From Candidatus Woesebacteria bacterium RIFCSPHIGHO2_01_FULL_39_32 (GTDB lineage: Bacteria > Patescibacteriota > Microgenomatia > UBA8517): DNA of 64,000 nucleotides. Position numbers and translations under genes: made by a program. The notes beneath the pieces are model-generated. The model was not told where the DNA came from. It did not search any database and saw nothing but the letters and a program-made list of their open reading frames with translations. The stretch lies in assembly GCA_001792345.1 (NCBI GenBank), contig MGGJ01000013.1, positions 21,371-85,370 on the forward strand, written 5' to 3'. This document shows positions 52,426-62,025 of this stretch, piece after piece (the first letter of the stretch is position 1; each line of letters opens with the position of its first letter).

Positions 52426-53538
52426 TTACAATTTTACTAACCATTTTCCGTTTCTCTGAACAAGCTTGTCATCGAACCATAATTCTCCACCCCGCCGAAG
52501 ATCCTTAATCATATCCCAGTGAAGTGCTGATACGTTTTTACTACCCGTTTCCTTGTATCCCGATCCTAGTGCTATATGGATACTTCCACCGATTTTCTCA
52601 TCAAATAAAATATCTTTCGTAAAGCGACTTATGGCGAAATTGTTTCCAATCCCTAGTTCCCCGACAAATCTTCCGCCGCGGTCTACATCCAAAATTTTAT
52701 TGAGGGCTTCTTCATTCTTTTCAGCGCTTGCCTTGACAACTTTCCCGTCTTTAAATTCGAGTCTGACGTTATGGAATTCTTTACCGAGGTAAAGAGCTGG
52801 ATACGTATAGGCTATAAATCCATTCGCGGAATTTTCAACCGCTGAAGTAAATACTTCCCCGTCCGGCATATTAAACCTTCCGTCGCCATTTTCTGAACTT
52901 CTACCCTTTTTAGATATTCTTAAATCGGTTTCAGGACCTAGTATATGCATCTCATTTGTCACATCGATAATTTTCCTCAATTTCTCCTGCTCTTTATGTT
53001 TTGCCTCCCAATCAACTTCATTGATGGCGGGAAATACAAAATCTTCATAATCGCTTAAAGACATATCGGCTTCCTGCGCTTGTGCTTCTGTCGGAAACTT
53101 TGTAATAACCCAACGGGTTTTCAGAACGCGATAATCAATTAACGGCCTAACAACTTTTGATCTTGAAGAGATTTTTGCCGCATCAATGTTTGAGAAACCT
53201 CGGGTATTAGCTTGAGCATATAATCTAATCCAAACATCAAGTCCTTTTAATTCCTGATCTGCTAATTTCGGAAATGCTTTAATTTGTTCCGGTTTTGCGT
53301 ATTTAAAATAGCTTTCAGCAAACTCATTGTAAGATCGACTTATCACCTGCTCATCAACATCAACGTGAACTCTTACTTCAGATGCACCTGCCTTAATTAG
53401 TTCTTTATAAACTTCTAAAGCTAAGGGTTTAGCTAACCAATCCGATACAATTAATGCTCTATCGCCCTTTTTGACTTTTGTAGAGTATTTCACCAAAATC
53501 TTGGCCTGTTTTGTAACTCGTGGATCAATTAGAGACAT
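52426..53538 (-). CDS. Aminopeptidase, family M29 (PepS/AmpS-like)
   Basis: Motifs NMPDGEVFT, GELGIG, LFDEKIGGSIHIALG and SALHWDM. Confidence 0.93.
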   Translation of the reverse strand: MSLIDPRVTKQAKILVKYSTKVKKGDRALIVSDWLAKPLALEVYKELIKAGASEVRVHVDVDEQVISRSYNEFAESYFKYAKPEQIKAFPKLADQELKGLDVWIRLYAQANTRGFSNIDAAKISSRSKVVRPLIDYRVLKTRWVITKFPTEAQAQEADMSLSDYEDFVFPAINEVDWEAKHKEQEKLRKIIDVTNEMHILGPETDLRISKKGRSSENGDGRFNMPDGEVFTSAVENSANGFIAYTYPALYLGKEFHNVRLEFKDGKVVKASAEKNEEALNKILDVDRGGRFVGELGIGNNFAISRFTKDILFDEKIGGSIHIALGSGYKETGSKNVSALHWDMIKDLRRGGELWFDDKLVQRNGKWLVKL

Positions 53539-53604
53539 GTCTTTTGGGTATTTTAGCGTTAGCTTGGTTTTTATTCAAGGAGTTTGATAAAATACGAGTG
53601 TTAA

Positions 53605-53853
53605 GCCGAGGTGGCGGAATGGCAGACGCGCAGGTCTCGTGCGAGCGTAATTAAAAGCGAGCAAAAGCGTTAGCGACAAAACCTTTATTGCGAAGCAAGA
53701 ATTTGGCCAGGTGCTGGAATGGTAGACAGGCTGGTCTCAAAAACCAGTGGTCATAACAGACCGTGTGGGTTCGACTCCCACCCTGGCCACTTTAATACCT
53801 TGTTCGGGAGAGTAACCAATTTGGTTACAAATTGTCGACTCCCTCCCTCGGCA
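53605..53853 (+). pseudogene. Interrupted outer tRNA-Leu-like gene enclosing the intact tRNA-Leu
   Basis: 5' half GCCGAGGTGGCGGAATGGCAGACGCGCAGGTCTC and 3' end TCGACTCCCTCCCTCGGCA give a perfect 7-bp acceptor stem. Confidence 0.75.
53705..53789 (+). tRNA. tRNA-Leu(CAA)
   Basis: Acceptor GGCCAGG/CCTGGCC, anticodon arm CTGGT-CTCAAAA-ACCAG, long variable arm, T arm GTGGG-TTCGACT-CCCAC and discriminator A73; CCA not encoded. Confidence 0.95.
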
Positions 53854-53861
53854 CTTTATAT

Positions 53862-54737
53862 CTATCTGTAATCAGGTCTATTTACGTCGCTTAACTCAAT
53901 TTGCGCCGAAAATCTTGTTTTTAAATTAAAAACCAGTCTATCTAAAATATGCCTTCTTAAATTTTTCGAGGTCGTAAATCTTCGAGCAGAAGGGTATACA
54001 ATTGCGTCTGGTACAAACTTAATTTCACCTTCGCTTTTAAGTTTCAGCATTATTTCTAAGTCCTCACTTGAGTAACGGCTTTCGTAACCACCCACCCTCA
54101 AAGCTGCTTCTCTAGAATAAGCAGAATTATTTCCTATGGAAAGAATAATTCCTTTTCTTAATCTCTTGTAATCATGGACCTTATCTCCGATTATTTGAAA
54201 TAAATACAACAAAACTCTATCTAAAGGGTCAATTTCCCCCTCAAAACGATCGTAAACCCTCCCATATGAACCGACTACCCCAGCTTGGGATAAGGCGCCA
54301 ATATGAAAACCAACCATTTCTGGATCTACTATCACATCTGCGTCAGTAGTTACTACATGCTTAACTCTTTTATCTAGCGATAACAAGCCCTTCTGCCTTG
54401 CTCGCCCAATACCCTTCTCGGACTCAAAAATTACTCTCGCGCCAAAAGCTTCTGCGATTTGAGAGGTCGCATCGGTGGAACCGTTATCAACTAATAGAAC
54501 TTGAGTAGGTATATCAGGAATTCTTGCCAATGCTTCATTAACTGATGCTAGACAAAGAGGAAGCCTTCTTTCTTCATTCAAAGCCGGTATAACAATTGCA
54601 GCAACCCACTCTCTGGATCCCGCCATTTCGCGTATATATTGCGAGTTGGCCTCTATTAATTTTAGAGTTTTATGCCCCGACAAATCGTTGGGATCAAACT
54701 CAGTAGGATTAAAAGGAAGAGGTATCTCCTTCATCAT
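53862..54737 (-). CDS. Family 2 glycosyltransferase
   Basis: Motifs VIPALNEE, VDNGSTD, TDAD, SED and SARRF. Confidence 0.9.
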   Translation of the reverse strand: MMKEIPLPFNPTEFDPNDLSGHKTLKLIEANSQYIREMAGSREWVAAIVIPALNEERRLPLCLASVNEALARIPDIPTQVLLVDNGSTDATSQIAEAFGARVIFESEKGIGRARQKGLLSLDKRVKHVVTTDADVIVDPEMVGFHIGALSQAGVVGSYGRVYDRFEGEIDPLDRVLLYLFQIIGDKVHDYKRLRKGIILSIGNNSAYSREAALRVGGYESRYSSEDLEIMLKLKSEGEIKFVPDAIVYPSARRFTTSKNLRRHILDRLVFNLKTRFSAQIELSDVNRPDYR

Positions 54738-54848
54738 ATGATGTATTATAGGATTATCTACCTAATTCGTCTAGTAATTCTGAATTGTAGACAACCTATT
54801 CGTTGATCATCAGTAAAAGAACTTACTTTTACAGAATCTTGTATTCGC

Positions 54849-56177
54849 TCAGTCACTTCGCTTAGTTTCTCTTCCGAAGAACTTCATCTTATCCCCTTTG
54901 AAAACCATTTTTAGGCTTCTTAACGGGCCATTTCGGTGTTTCGCAATATCAAGATTTAGATTCTCGGGATTTTCTTCGTTTTCCTTCCACAAAAATATTA
55001 CAACATCAGCGTCCTGCTCGATACTTCCACTCTCACGAAGATCGGCAAGTTGGGGACGTTTTTCCCCCCTTTGTTCAACAGCTCGGGAAAGTTGCGAGAT
55101 AGCCAGAACGGGAATTTTGAGTTCTCTCGCCAAATTCTTAAGTCCTTGGGATATTTCAGAAACTTCCTGAACCCTATTTTCAAGCCTTCTAGATAAAGCT
55201 AGTTGCAAATAATCAATAATTATTAAATCTACACCAGACTCAACCTGTAAACGACGCGCTTTCGTTCTCATCTCCAAAATGCTCTGTGCCGGCGTATCAT
55301 CGATAAAAATTGGTGCTTCTGCCAGTTCCCCCATTGCATTAGAGAGTTTTGTAAAATCGTCTTCAGAAAGCTTGCCAGTTTTTAACTTCCATGCATCAAT
55401 ATCCGCTTGCACAACCAATAACCTATCCACCAATTCTTCCCTACTCATTTCCAGTGAGAAAAAGCCAACGGGCTGTTTATATTTTACGGCAAGATTCTGA
55501 GCGATATTTAAAGCTAGGGTTGTTTTTCCTATTCCCGGTCGAGCAGCCAAAATAATTAAGTTTGATTTCTGAAGTCCTGCCAAAGTATCATCAAGATCTT
55601 TAAAACCAGTAGGAACACCCCGTAACCCTTCTGCTTGTTTATGAAGCTCATCAAGTCTGTCAAAGCTTTGTGCCAAAGCGTCGCGTACAGGAGTAAAGGC
55701 GTGTTTAATGTGCTTTTGAGTAATTGCAAAGACTTGAGCCTCTGCTTTATCCAGTAGTTCATCTGCTGCCAAACCTTCATCCATTGATAACTCAACGAGT
55801 GTACTTGCAGCTTTCATTAGGGAGCGTTTAGTTGCAGCGTCTTTAACTATCTTACCGTAATGTTCAACGTGCGCTGCTGTCGGAACTTGATTAGCCAAAC
55901 CAACAAGATAACTCACGCCACCTATTTTTTTGAGGATTTTTCTTTTTTTGAGGCGCTCAGAAATTGTTAATACATCAATCGGAGTTCTTTCCTCATAAAG
56001 CTCGAGTGCTGCTAGATAAATCTCTCTATGCCTGTCGTCATAAAAGTCATCGGGTTTTAAAAACTCAGCAATAGCAATAATTGCATCTTTGTCCAATAAA
56101 AGTGCGCCAAGAACTGACCCCTCGGCCTCAGGAGAATGTGGAGGAATACGTACTTGTAGTTGATCCGTAAATGCCAT
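54849..56177 (-). CDS. dnaB: Replicative DNA helicase
   Basis: Motifs AARPGIGKT, FSLEMS, IDYLQL and DLRESGSIEQDAD. Confidence 0.97.
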   Translation of the reverse strand: MAFTDQLQVRIPPHSPEAEGSVLGALLLDKDAIIAIAEFLKPDDFYDDRHREIYLAALELYEERTPIDVLTISERLKKRKILKKIGGVSYLVGLANQVPTAAHVEHYGKIVKDAATKRSLMKAASTLVELSMDEGLAADELLDKAEAQVFAITQKHIKHAFTPVRDALAQSFDRLDELHKQAEGLRGVPTGFKDLDDTLAGLQKSNLIILAARPGIGKTTLALNIAQNLAVKYKQPVGFFSLEMSREELVDRLLVVQADIDAWKLKTGKLSEDDFTKLSNAMGELAEAPIFIDDTPAQSILEMRTKARRLQVESGVDLIIIDYLQLALSRRLENRVQEVSEISQGLKNLARELKIPVLAISQLSRAVEQRGEKRPQLADLRESGSIEQDADVVIFLWKENEENPENLNLDIAKHRNGPLRSLKMVFKGDKMKFFGRETKRSD

Positions 56178-56219
56178 TGAGCCTTTTTACCATCAAAAGA
56201 AGTAGCTGTAAAGTGCATA

Positions 56220-56864
56220 CTAGCGTCTTTCAAGTACAACAACTTTCTTCTCTTCGGTAATATCTCCCTTTTTGATAGAAAGCTTATCAAGATTCTCTGT
56301 TGGCAGCGCTACTTCCTTCAAGAAGTCATCAACTGCTGCCAAACTACCAAATGTAGATTGATCAAGTCCTGAAACCTTATAATGCATCGGAATTGTAATA
56401 GTAGGTTCAATGTTTCGAACGATATCTGAAGCCTCAGTTGGACCAATAGTATAAAATCCTCCTACAGGTACCATGAGTATGTCAACTGTCCCAATATCTT
56501 CAAGAACCTCCTCAGAAAGTTTGTGGCCCAAATCCCCCAAATGTACTACCCGCAAGTCATCTATCTCAAAGACATAGATTGTATTTGTACCCCGTTTGGC
56601 TCCTTTTTCTTCATCATGGAAGGACGGAATCCCTATAATCGAAACGCCCGAAATTTCATACTCCCCAGGTCCTGCAACAACTCTTTTTACGTTCGAAACC
56701 AGTTGTGACTGATTATGATCTTCGTGATTATGAGATATTGTCACAATATCTGCCTCAACTTTGGGAAACTTGAAACCTACGTAGGGTGCATAAGGATCCG
56801 TGACAACTGAAGCTCTCCTTCCTTTCATTCTAAAGGAAGCGTGTCCAAGGTAACTGATATCCAT
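56220..56864 (-). CDS. MBL-fold metallo-hydrolase
   Basis: Motifs GHASF, SHNHEDHN, HLGDLG and PMHY. Confidence 0.9.
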   Translation of the reverse strand: MDISYLGHASFRMKGRRASVVTDPYAPYVGFKFPKVEADIVTISHNHEDHNQSQLVSNVKRVVAGPGEYEISGVSIIGIPSFHDEEKGAKRGTNTIYVFEIDDLRVVHLGDLGHKLSEEVLEDIGTVDILMVPVGGFYTIGPTEASDIVRNIEPTITIPMHYKVSGLDQSTFGSLAAVDDFLKEVALPTENLDKLSIKKGDITEEKKVVVLERR

Positions 56865-56958
56865 CGCGTCTCATACTAACAAACTCGTCCTTTCTTGACA
56901 AGAGTCTTAATCTTAACTATATTAACCCTGTCTTAGGAAAGTTTTCTTGCCAGCCTTA

Positions 56959-57972
56959 ATGCGAAAAGAGATTCTTATTGCAATTGTCGTGGGAGTGGGA
57001 GTTGGTATTGCCGTTGCCTTCGGAATTTGGAGAGCAAATAGCGCCCTTAAAACTAACTTACCCGAATTACCTTCGCTTTTACAAAAACAGAGCCCAACTG
57101 AAGTCCCTTCCGAATTTAAGATAACCCTTTCGCAACCCGAACAAAATGACGTAATTTCAGAAAGCCCAGTTACGGTCGCAGGCATTACAAAACCTGCCTC
57201 AACCATCGTAATTTTAGGCGAAACCGAGGATTATGTGCTTGAAACTGATAATCAAGGTTCCTTTAGCCAAGAAGTAGAACTAACGTCGGGAGTTAATCAA
57301 ATCTTAATAGCAGCATATGATGCGGCTAGCGAAAACACCCAAAGTAAGCTAACAATTGTTTACTCAAGTGAGTTCGCCAAAGACATCGTAACACCATCGG
57401 TTGTCTCGCCGACCAGTAAAGAAGATAATGCTATTCGAGAAAAGGTACAGGAAAAGCTTCAAGCGGCGCGTAATAACCCAAAGGCCTATATCGGCTCTGT
57501 AACAGACAAAACCCTAGATTCTCTACAAATAAAAGATGAAAGTGATGAAATTCAACTTGTATCGGTAGATCCCGAAAACGTAGCGTTTGCGAAAGTTTTA
57601 ACCAAGTCGACTTCCAAAATTTCTTTTAACGACATTGCGATTGGAGACTTCATAGTTGCTATGGGATTAAAAAACGGAAATAACGTTTTGACTGCAGTAA
57701 GAATCCTCGTGACAGAGCCCCTCGAAACACTTAACCGAAGGATAGTTCTTGGCGAGATAATCAACATAGCAAAAAAGGAGGTAACACTCCAAGAAAAAAA
57801 TGGCAGTGAAATAATATTACAATTTCCTAAAAGCTGGAAAGGGCCTGATCTGGATGAATTAGAAGAAGAAAATATACTTTTCGCTTTCGGAGAATTTGAG
57901 GGAAATGCCTTAAATATCCGAACAATTAAGGTAGCTGAAAAAGAGGTATCCCCCACTCCGGCTGAAGAGTAG
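56959..57972 (+). CDS. Membrane-anchored protein with Ig-like and beta-barrel repeats
   Basis: N-terminal TM helix; Ig-like G.T......I...G.F...V.L..G.N.I pattern. Confidence 0.65.
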   Translation: MRKEILIAIVVGVGVGIAVAFGIWRANSALKTNLPELPSLLQKQSPTEVPSEFKITLSQPEQNDVISESPVTVAGITKPASTIVILGETEDYVLETDNQGSFSQEVELTSGVNQILIAAYDAASENTQSKLTIVYSSEFAKDIVTPSVVSPTSKEDNAIREKVQEKLQAARNNPKAYIGSVTDKTLDSLQIKDESDEIQLVSVDPENVAFAKVLTKSTSKISFNDIAIGDFIVAMGLKNGNNVLTAVRILVTEPLETLNRRIVLGEIINIAKKEVTLQEKNGSEIILQFPKSWKGPDLDELEEENILFAFGEFEGNALNIRTIKVAEKEVSPTPAEE

Positions 57973-57981
57973 AATTACTAT

Positions 57982-58497
57982 ATGATCCGGATACTAACCC
58001 CCAATGATACCGAAATCTATCGCCAGCTTCGACTCCTATCTTTAAAAACCGATCCTTTGGCATTTTTATCAACCTATGATGTAGAAACTAAGTATGATCT
58101 ATCATACTTTCGGCAAAAGATTTTTAACTCGATAAAGCATCCGCTTTACGGAATATATGGATTATTTGATAAAGACAAATTAGTCGCTTTTGCCCAGCTT
58201 GCGGATTCTTATTATAAAAATAAAAGACACATTGCATATCTAAATGAGGTTTATGTACACACTGATCTTCGAAGGAAAGGTGTTGCATCAAAGCTTGTTA
58301 AATATTTAATAGACAAGGCAAAGGAAAATCTATCTCTTGAGCAACTTCATTTGAGGGTTAATTCAGAAAATTTAAGCGCAATATCGCTTTACGAAAAGTT
58401 GGGATTCGAAAAAGTTACAGTTCTAAAAGATGCTGTAAAAAATCCGGACAACACCTACCAAGACGAATATTTCTATTGTTTTTATATTAAGAGCTGA
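57982..58497 (+). CDS. GNAT family N-acetyltransferase
   Basis: VYV....RRKGVA and N.SAISLYEKLGF. Confidence 0.9.
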   Translation: MIRILTPNDTEIYRQLRLLSLKTDPLAFLSTYDVETKYDLSYFRQKIFNSIKHPLYGIYGLFDKDKLVAFAQLADSYYKNKRHIAYLNEVYVHTDLRRKGVASKLVKYLIDKAKENLSLEQLHLRVNSENLSAISLYEKLGFEKVTVLKDAVKNPDNTYQDEYFYCFYIKS

Positions 58498-58541
58498 TCT
58501 CTCGACTTTGTTCGGAATCAATGGTGAGCAAGGTCGAACCA

Positions 58542-58570
58542 TTGACAAGTTTTATCTATTAAAGTATTAT
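58542..58570 (+). promoter_or_regulatory. Sigma70-type promoter of the His-leader operon
   Basis: TTGACA-17 nt-TATTAT. Confidence 0.8.
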
Positions 58571-58582
58571 ACTTTCCAACAT

Positions 58583-58630
58583 ATGAATATTTTTTATTCG
58601 GTTCAAAATCATCACTCCAGCCGAGTCTAA
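58583..58630 (+). CDS. His leader peptide MNIFYSVQNHHSSRV
   Basis: Tandem CAT CAC codons immediately before hairpin 1:2; upstream of tRNA-His and hisS. Confidence 0.75.
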   Translation: MNIFYSVQNHHSSRV

Positions 58631-58682
58631 CTCGGTTGGTGGTTTATTTATTTGATTTACCCACCTAACCGGTGGGTTTTTT
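58617..58682 (+). terminator. Attenuator: 1:2 hairpin, 2:3 antiterminator, 3:4 terminator
   Basis: 1:2 is CCAGCCGAG/CTCGGTTGG. GGTTGGTGG can pair with CCACCTAACC. 3:4 is ACCCACC-TAACC-GGTGGGT followed by a T-run. Confidence 0.8.
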
Positions 58683-58745
58683 AGTCCTTAAAAAATCTAG
58701 TTCGACTCGACAACCCCGCAGCTGCGGGTTTTTTGATGGAAAGAT

Positions 58746-58817
58746 GGTGAGTGTAGTGTAGCGGAAACACGCCAGTTTGTGGAGCTGGAATCGGGGGTTC
58801 GACTCCCCTCACCTACC
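58746..58817 (+). tRNA. tRNA-His(GTG)
   Basis: G-1:C73 pair, anticodon arm CCAGT-TTGTGGA-GCTGG and T arm GGGGG-TTCGACT-CCCCT; one A:C mismatch in the acceptor stem. Confidence 0.9.
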
Positions 58818-58856
58818 CAAGGGTGAACTCAAATAATTTGAAAGGAGGTAAATGTC

Positions 58857-58937
58857 ATGAACCGTCAAGAGCGACGGTGGTTAATATATCATGGCCACTG
58901 GCTCCACACCCTACGGCGAGGGGACTACCAATTCTAA
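58857..58937 (+). CDS. 26-aa His/Trp/Arg-rich peptide MNRQERRWLIYHGHWLHTLRRGDYQF
   Basis: Strong SD AAAGGAGGT 7 nt before the ATG; lies between tRNA-His and the unknown gene pair. Confidence 0.7.
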   Translation: MNRQERRWLIYHGHWLHTLRRGDYQF

Positions 58938-58973
58938 ATACATTTTCTTAATCCCCTCGCCAACCTAATTCAT

Positions 58974-59879
58974 ATGTATATCGATGACGAAAATAGATTT
59001 GAATATTTTTCTAGATGGGATAGAGATGAGGCTGCAAAAAAGGCCGATAATTTCTATAGTTTTATAAAATCTGTCTCCGTTGCTCCGCCCGAAAGACCAA
59101 TAAGAATAAAAGAACTGATACAATATACTGCACTGGGAATAGGAACTCCATTAATCATTAATTGGATCTGTCCAGTAGGAACTCCTTTAGAATTCGACTC
59201 AGAAACAAATAAACTATATAGAAGATATGCGCCAATAGATCCAGTCGAGGGATTCCAAAAAGATTATAGAATTATATCTAGAATTGGCCTTGAAAAAAGG
59301 CTGACAGAAATGATTGGGCAAATCCAATCTTCATTAGAATATGTAAAAATTGTTGCCGACAATAACCCATACTGCTTATATCCAGCCTGTCTTAGACTAG
59401 ACGGAGAGATAGACACAAGAAATGCTATAGAAACATATACAGGTTACGTACAAACTAAACTTGACGAGCTTATAGGATCCAAAAAAGTGGCGGTACTAAC
59501 ACTCTCCTCTCTTCTGGGCCAGCAGGGTTTTGAAGAATTTATGAATCTTTTCAAAGAAACTCAGGTGGACGATTTACTCCCCTTTCTACCAAATGATGTA
59601 TTAAAAACAGAAGTAGATATAATATCAAAGCATACCAAATTAGACCCATTATTAGAACCCAAGTTGGAATCTTTAGCAACTGATGTTATAAGACAATATG
59701 CGGTGGAAGGATTCTATTTATACAAAATGTTCGGAGATTCTGTAATTCTTGCTTGGAATGAGTCCACAAGAAGAAGCCAAATCATAGATTCTTTAAGAAA
59801 AGCTAGAGGAATTCCTCCCCTACCCAAAATATTTGTCTTGCACGAAAAAGGGAAAGGGCTAATTATTGACAATTATTAA
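58974..59879 (+). CDS. Unknown enzyme, possibly CDPS-like (paralog A)
   Basis: Shares NWICP, KIVADNN..LYP, QYAVEG, AWNE and LPKIF with the next gene. Confidence 0.55.
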   Translation: MYIDDENRFEYFSRWDRDEAAKKADNFYSFIKSVSVAPPERPIRIKELIQYTALGIGTPLIINWICPVGTPLEFDSETNKLYRRYAPIDPVEGFQKDYRIISRIGLEKRLTEMIGQIQSSLEYVKIVADNNPYCLYPACLRLDGEIDTRNAIETYTGYVQTKLDELIGSKKVAVLTLSSLLGQQGFEEFMNLFKETQVDDLLPFLPNDVLKTEVDIISKHTKLDPLLEPKLESLATDVIRQYAVEGFYLYKMFGDSVILAWNESTRRSQIIDSLRKARGIPPLPKIFVLHEKGKGLIIDNY

Positions 59880-60712
59880 TGAATAAAAAAATTTTAAATA
59901 AAATTAAAGACAAATTCACTTACTCTCCACAAAACTGGAGCAAGCTAGCAAATTTATGGGAATACAACGAACCCATATCTTTCTACAGTTGGGAATGTCC
60001 TCCAAGGCAAATTCGGGAGGACAAAAAGTACGGAAGGTGGGTCAATTTTGACGTTGATATAAAGTCGGTTGTTGGGGGTAAAAAATTAGATAAGTTTACC
60101 GAACTTCCCAGGCTAACCTCTCAATGGAGGAAAGAAAAGTGGTTTTCAGAAAACATTATCCAAAAAAACTCCGAAGCAACATATACCAAGCTCATCGCCA
60201 ATACCAATGGATTATATCTTTACCCCAAATCTAAAAAGATATTGGGTGAAGAAAAAATAAAGTCTTTATCGAAAAAATTTAAAAAAATATTAGAAAAAAG
60301 GGCAAAAAAATTGTTGGGCAAAAACTCTCCCAAAATTGTTCTATATACCGAACTTCAAAATATTTTTAAAGTTGAATATGAAATGTTTTTTAAACTCGTC
60401 TATAGGTATCTCAGCAATAAAGAAAACGCAATCATCCCGAAAAGTATCATTGACTATTGGACGGATAGAATGATAAGCCACGTTGGCTTGACAAAGCAAG
60501 ACGAGAAAGAAAAGTTAATTATTTTAAAAAGAGTTATAGCCTCATACGCGGCAGAAGGCATAATCTTTGCCTTACTGGACAATACCAAGATTATGCCAAA
60601 TCCTGTATGGGTAAATTGGGAAGAAAAACCTGAATCTTCACAAACGTCAGAAATACTGAGAAAAAGATACGGTCTTGATAGTATCCCCGTAATTTACTTT
60701 ACTAAATACTAA
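59879..60712 (+). CDS. Unknown enzyme, possibly CDPS-like (paralog B)
   Basis: Motifs SWECP, KLIANTN..LYP, SYAAEG, NWEE and IPVIYF; TAATG-coupled to paralog A. Confidence 0.55.
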   Translation: MNKKILNKIKDKFTYSPQNWSKLANLWEYNEPISFYSWECPPRQIREDKKYGRWVNFDVDIKSVVGGKKLDKFTELPRLTSQWRKEKWFSENIIQKNSEATYTKLIANTNGLYLYPKSKKILGEEKIKSLSKKFKKILEKRAKKLLGKNSPKIVLYTELQNIFKVEYEMFFKLVYRYLSNKENAIIPKSIIDYWTDRMISHVGLTKQDEKEKLIILKRVIASYAAEGIIFALLDNTKIMPNPVWVNWEEKPESSQTSEILRKRYGLDSIPVIYFTKY

Positions 60713-60729
60713 ATGCTAATATTTAAACT

Positions 60730-61986
60730 ATGGACAAACAGATGTTGCAACCAGTCAAAGGGTTTAGGGATTTTTTGCCGAAAGAGGCTAAGAAACGCAC
60801 TTTTCTTAAAAATAAATTCAGAGAGGTGTTTGAACTTTATGGATTCGAACCTTTAGAGACCCCAGCATTAGAATATCAAGAAGTACTCCTTAATAAATAC
60901 GGCGAGGAAGCAGACAAGCTAGTATTTAAATTCGAAGACGAAGGAGGAAGGAGAGTTGCATTACGTTATGACCAAACAGTTCCCACGGCCCGAATACTTG
61001 CCATGTATCAGCAAAATCTCCCAATGCCTTGGCGCAGATATCAAATTCAATCTGCATACAGGGCTGAAAAACCCCAAAAAGGACGGTTTAGAGAATTTAC
61101 CCAGTGTGATGCCGATATATTCGGTACAACCTCTCCCCTATCCGATGCCGAAATACTCGCAGCAGGAAATACCCTACTAACCAGTTTAGGTTTTAAGGAA
61201 TTCAAAATTCTCATTAATGACCGCGATATTTTATTCCAAATCATGGAGAGCGCCGAAATTCCCGAAAATATGCAGCTGCCAGTCATTCAAACAATCGATA
61301 AATTAGACAATAAAACTCGTGGAGAGGTGGAAGAAGAATTGGCCCAGAAAGGCATCTCAATCGATAGTGTTCACCTTCTTTTTGATTCATTAGACAAGGC
61401 TCGACCAACCGATAGGCTAGAAAAAACAATGGGGTTTGCAAGGAAACTGGGAATACCCGATTTTGTATTTTCTTTTACACCACGCTTGGCCCGGGGACTT
61501 GATTATTATAATTCAACAATTTATGAGTTTGTCATTGAGGGCTACGCTGCCGGATCCGTCTGTGGTGGAGGAAGATATGACAATCTCATAAACCAGCTTT
61601 CTGGAGTTAACATTCCTTCAACCGGTTATTCCTGGGGATTTGATCGTGTTATAGAGGCAATGGAACAATTTAAACTCTTCCCGCAAGAAGATAGAAGGCA
61701 AGGGGTTTTAGTTACAGTTTTTTCGCCCGAGCAGATTGAAAGCTCAACAGCCGTAGTTAAAAACTTGCGGGAAAATAAAATTGAAGCAGAAATTTTCCCT
61801 GATGAAAATACCAAACTTGAAAAACAATTACGATATGCCGACAAAAAAGGTATAAAGTGGCTTATTGTAATTGGTCCTGAAGAAGTGGAAAAAAATACTG
61901 TTATTCTTAAGGACTTGGAAACAGGTAAACAAGCGGATGTTAAGTTGGAAGAACTGGTTCGAAAATTTAAAGACACAAATGAATAG
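60730..61986 (+). CDS. hisS: Histidine--tRNA ligase
   Basis: Motifs KGFRDF, LRYDQTVP, RAEKPQKGRFREF, RGLDYY and GGGRYD. Confidence 0.97.
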   Translation: MDKQMLQPVKGFRDFLPKEAKKRTFLKNKFREVFELYGFEPLETPALEYQEVLLNKYGEEADKLVFKFEDEGGRRVALRYDQTVPTARILAMYQQNLPMPWRRYQIQSAYRAEKPQKGRFREFTQCDADIFGTTSPLSDAEILAAGNTLLTSLGFKEFKILINDRDILFQIMESAEIPENMQLPVIQTIDKLDNKTRGEVEEELAQKGISIDSVHLLFDSLDKARPTDRLEKTMGFARKLGIPDFVFSFTPRLARGLDYYNSTIYEFVIEGYAAGSVCGGGRYDNLINQLSGVNIPSTGYSWGFDRVIEAMEQFKLFPQEDRRQGVLVTVFSPEQIESSTAVVKNLRENKIEAEIFPDENTKLEKQLRYADKKGIKWLIVIGPEEVEKNTVILKDLETGKQADVKLEELVRKFKDTNE

Positions 61987-62025
61987 TTCCCTAACTACTA
62001 ACTACTCACCGCCAACTACTAAAAT

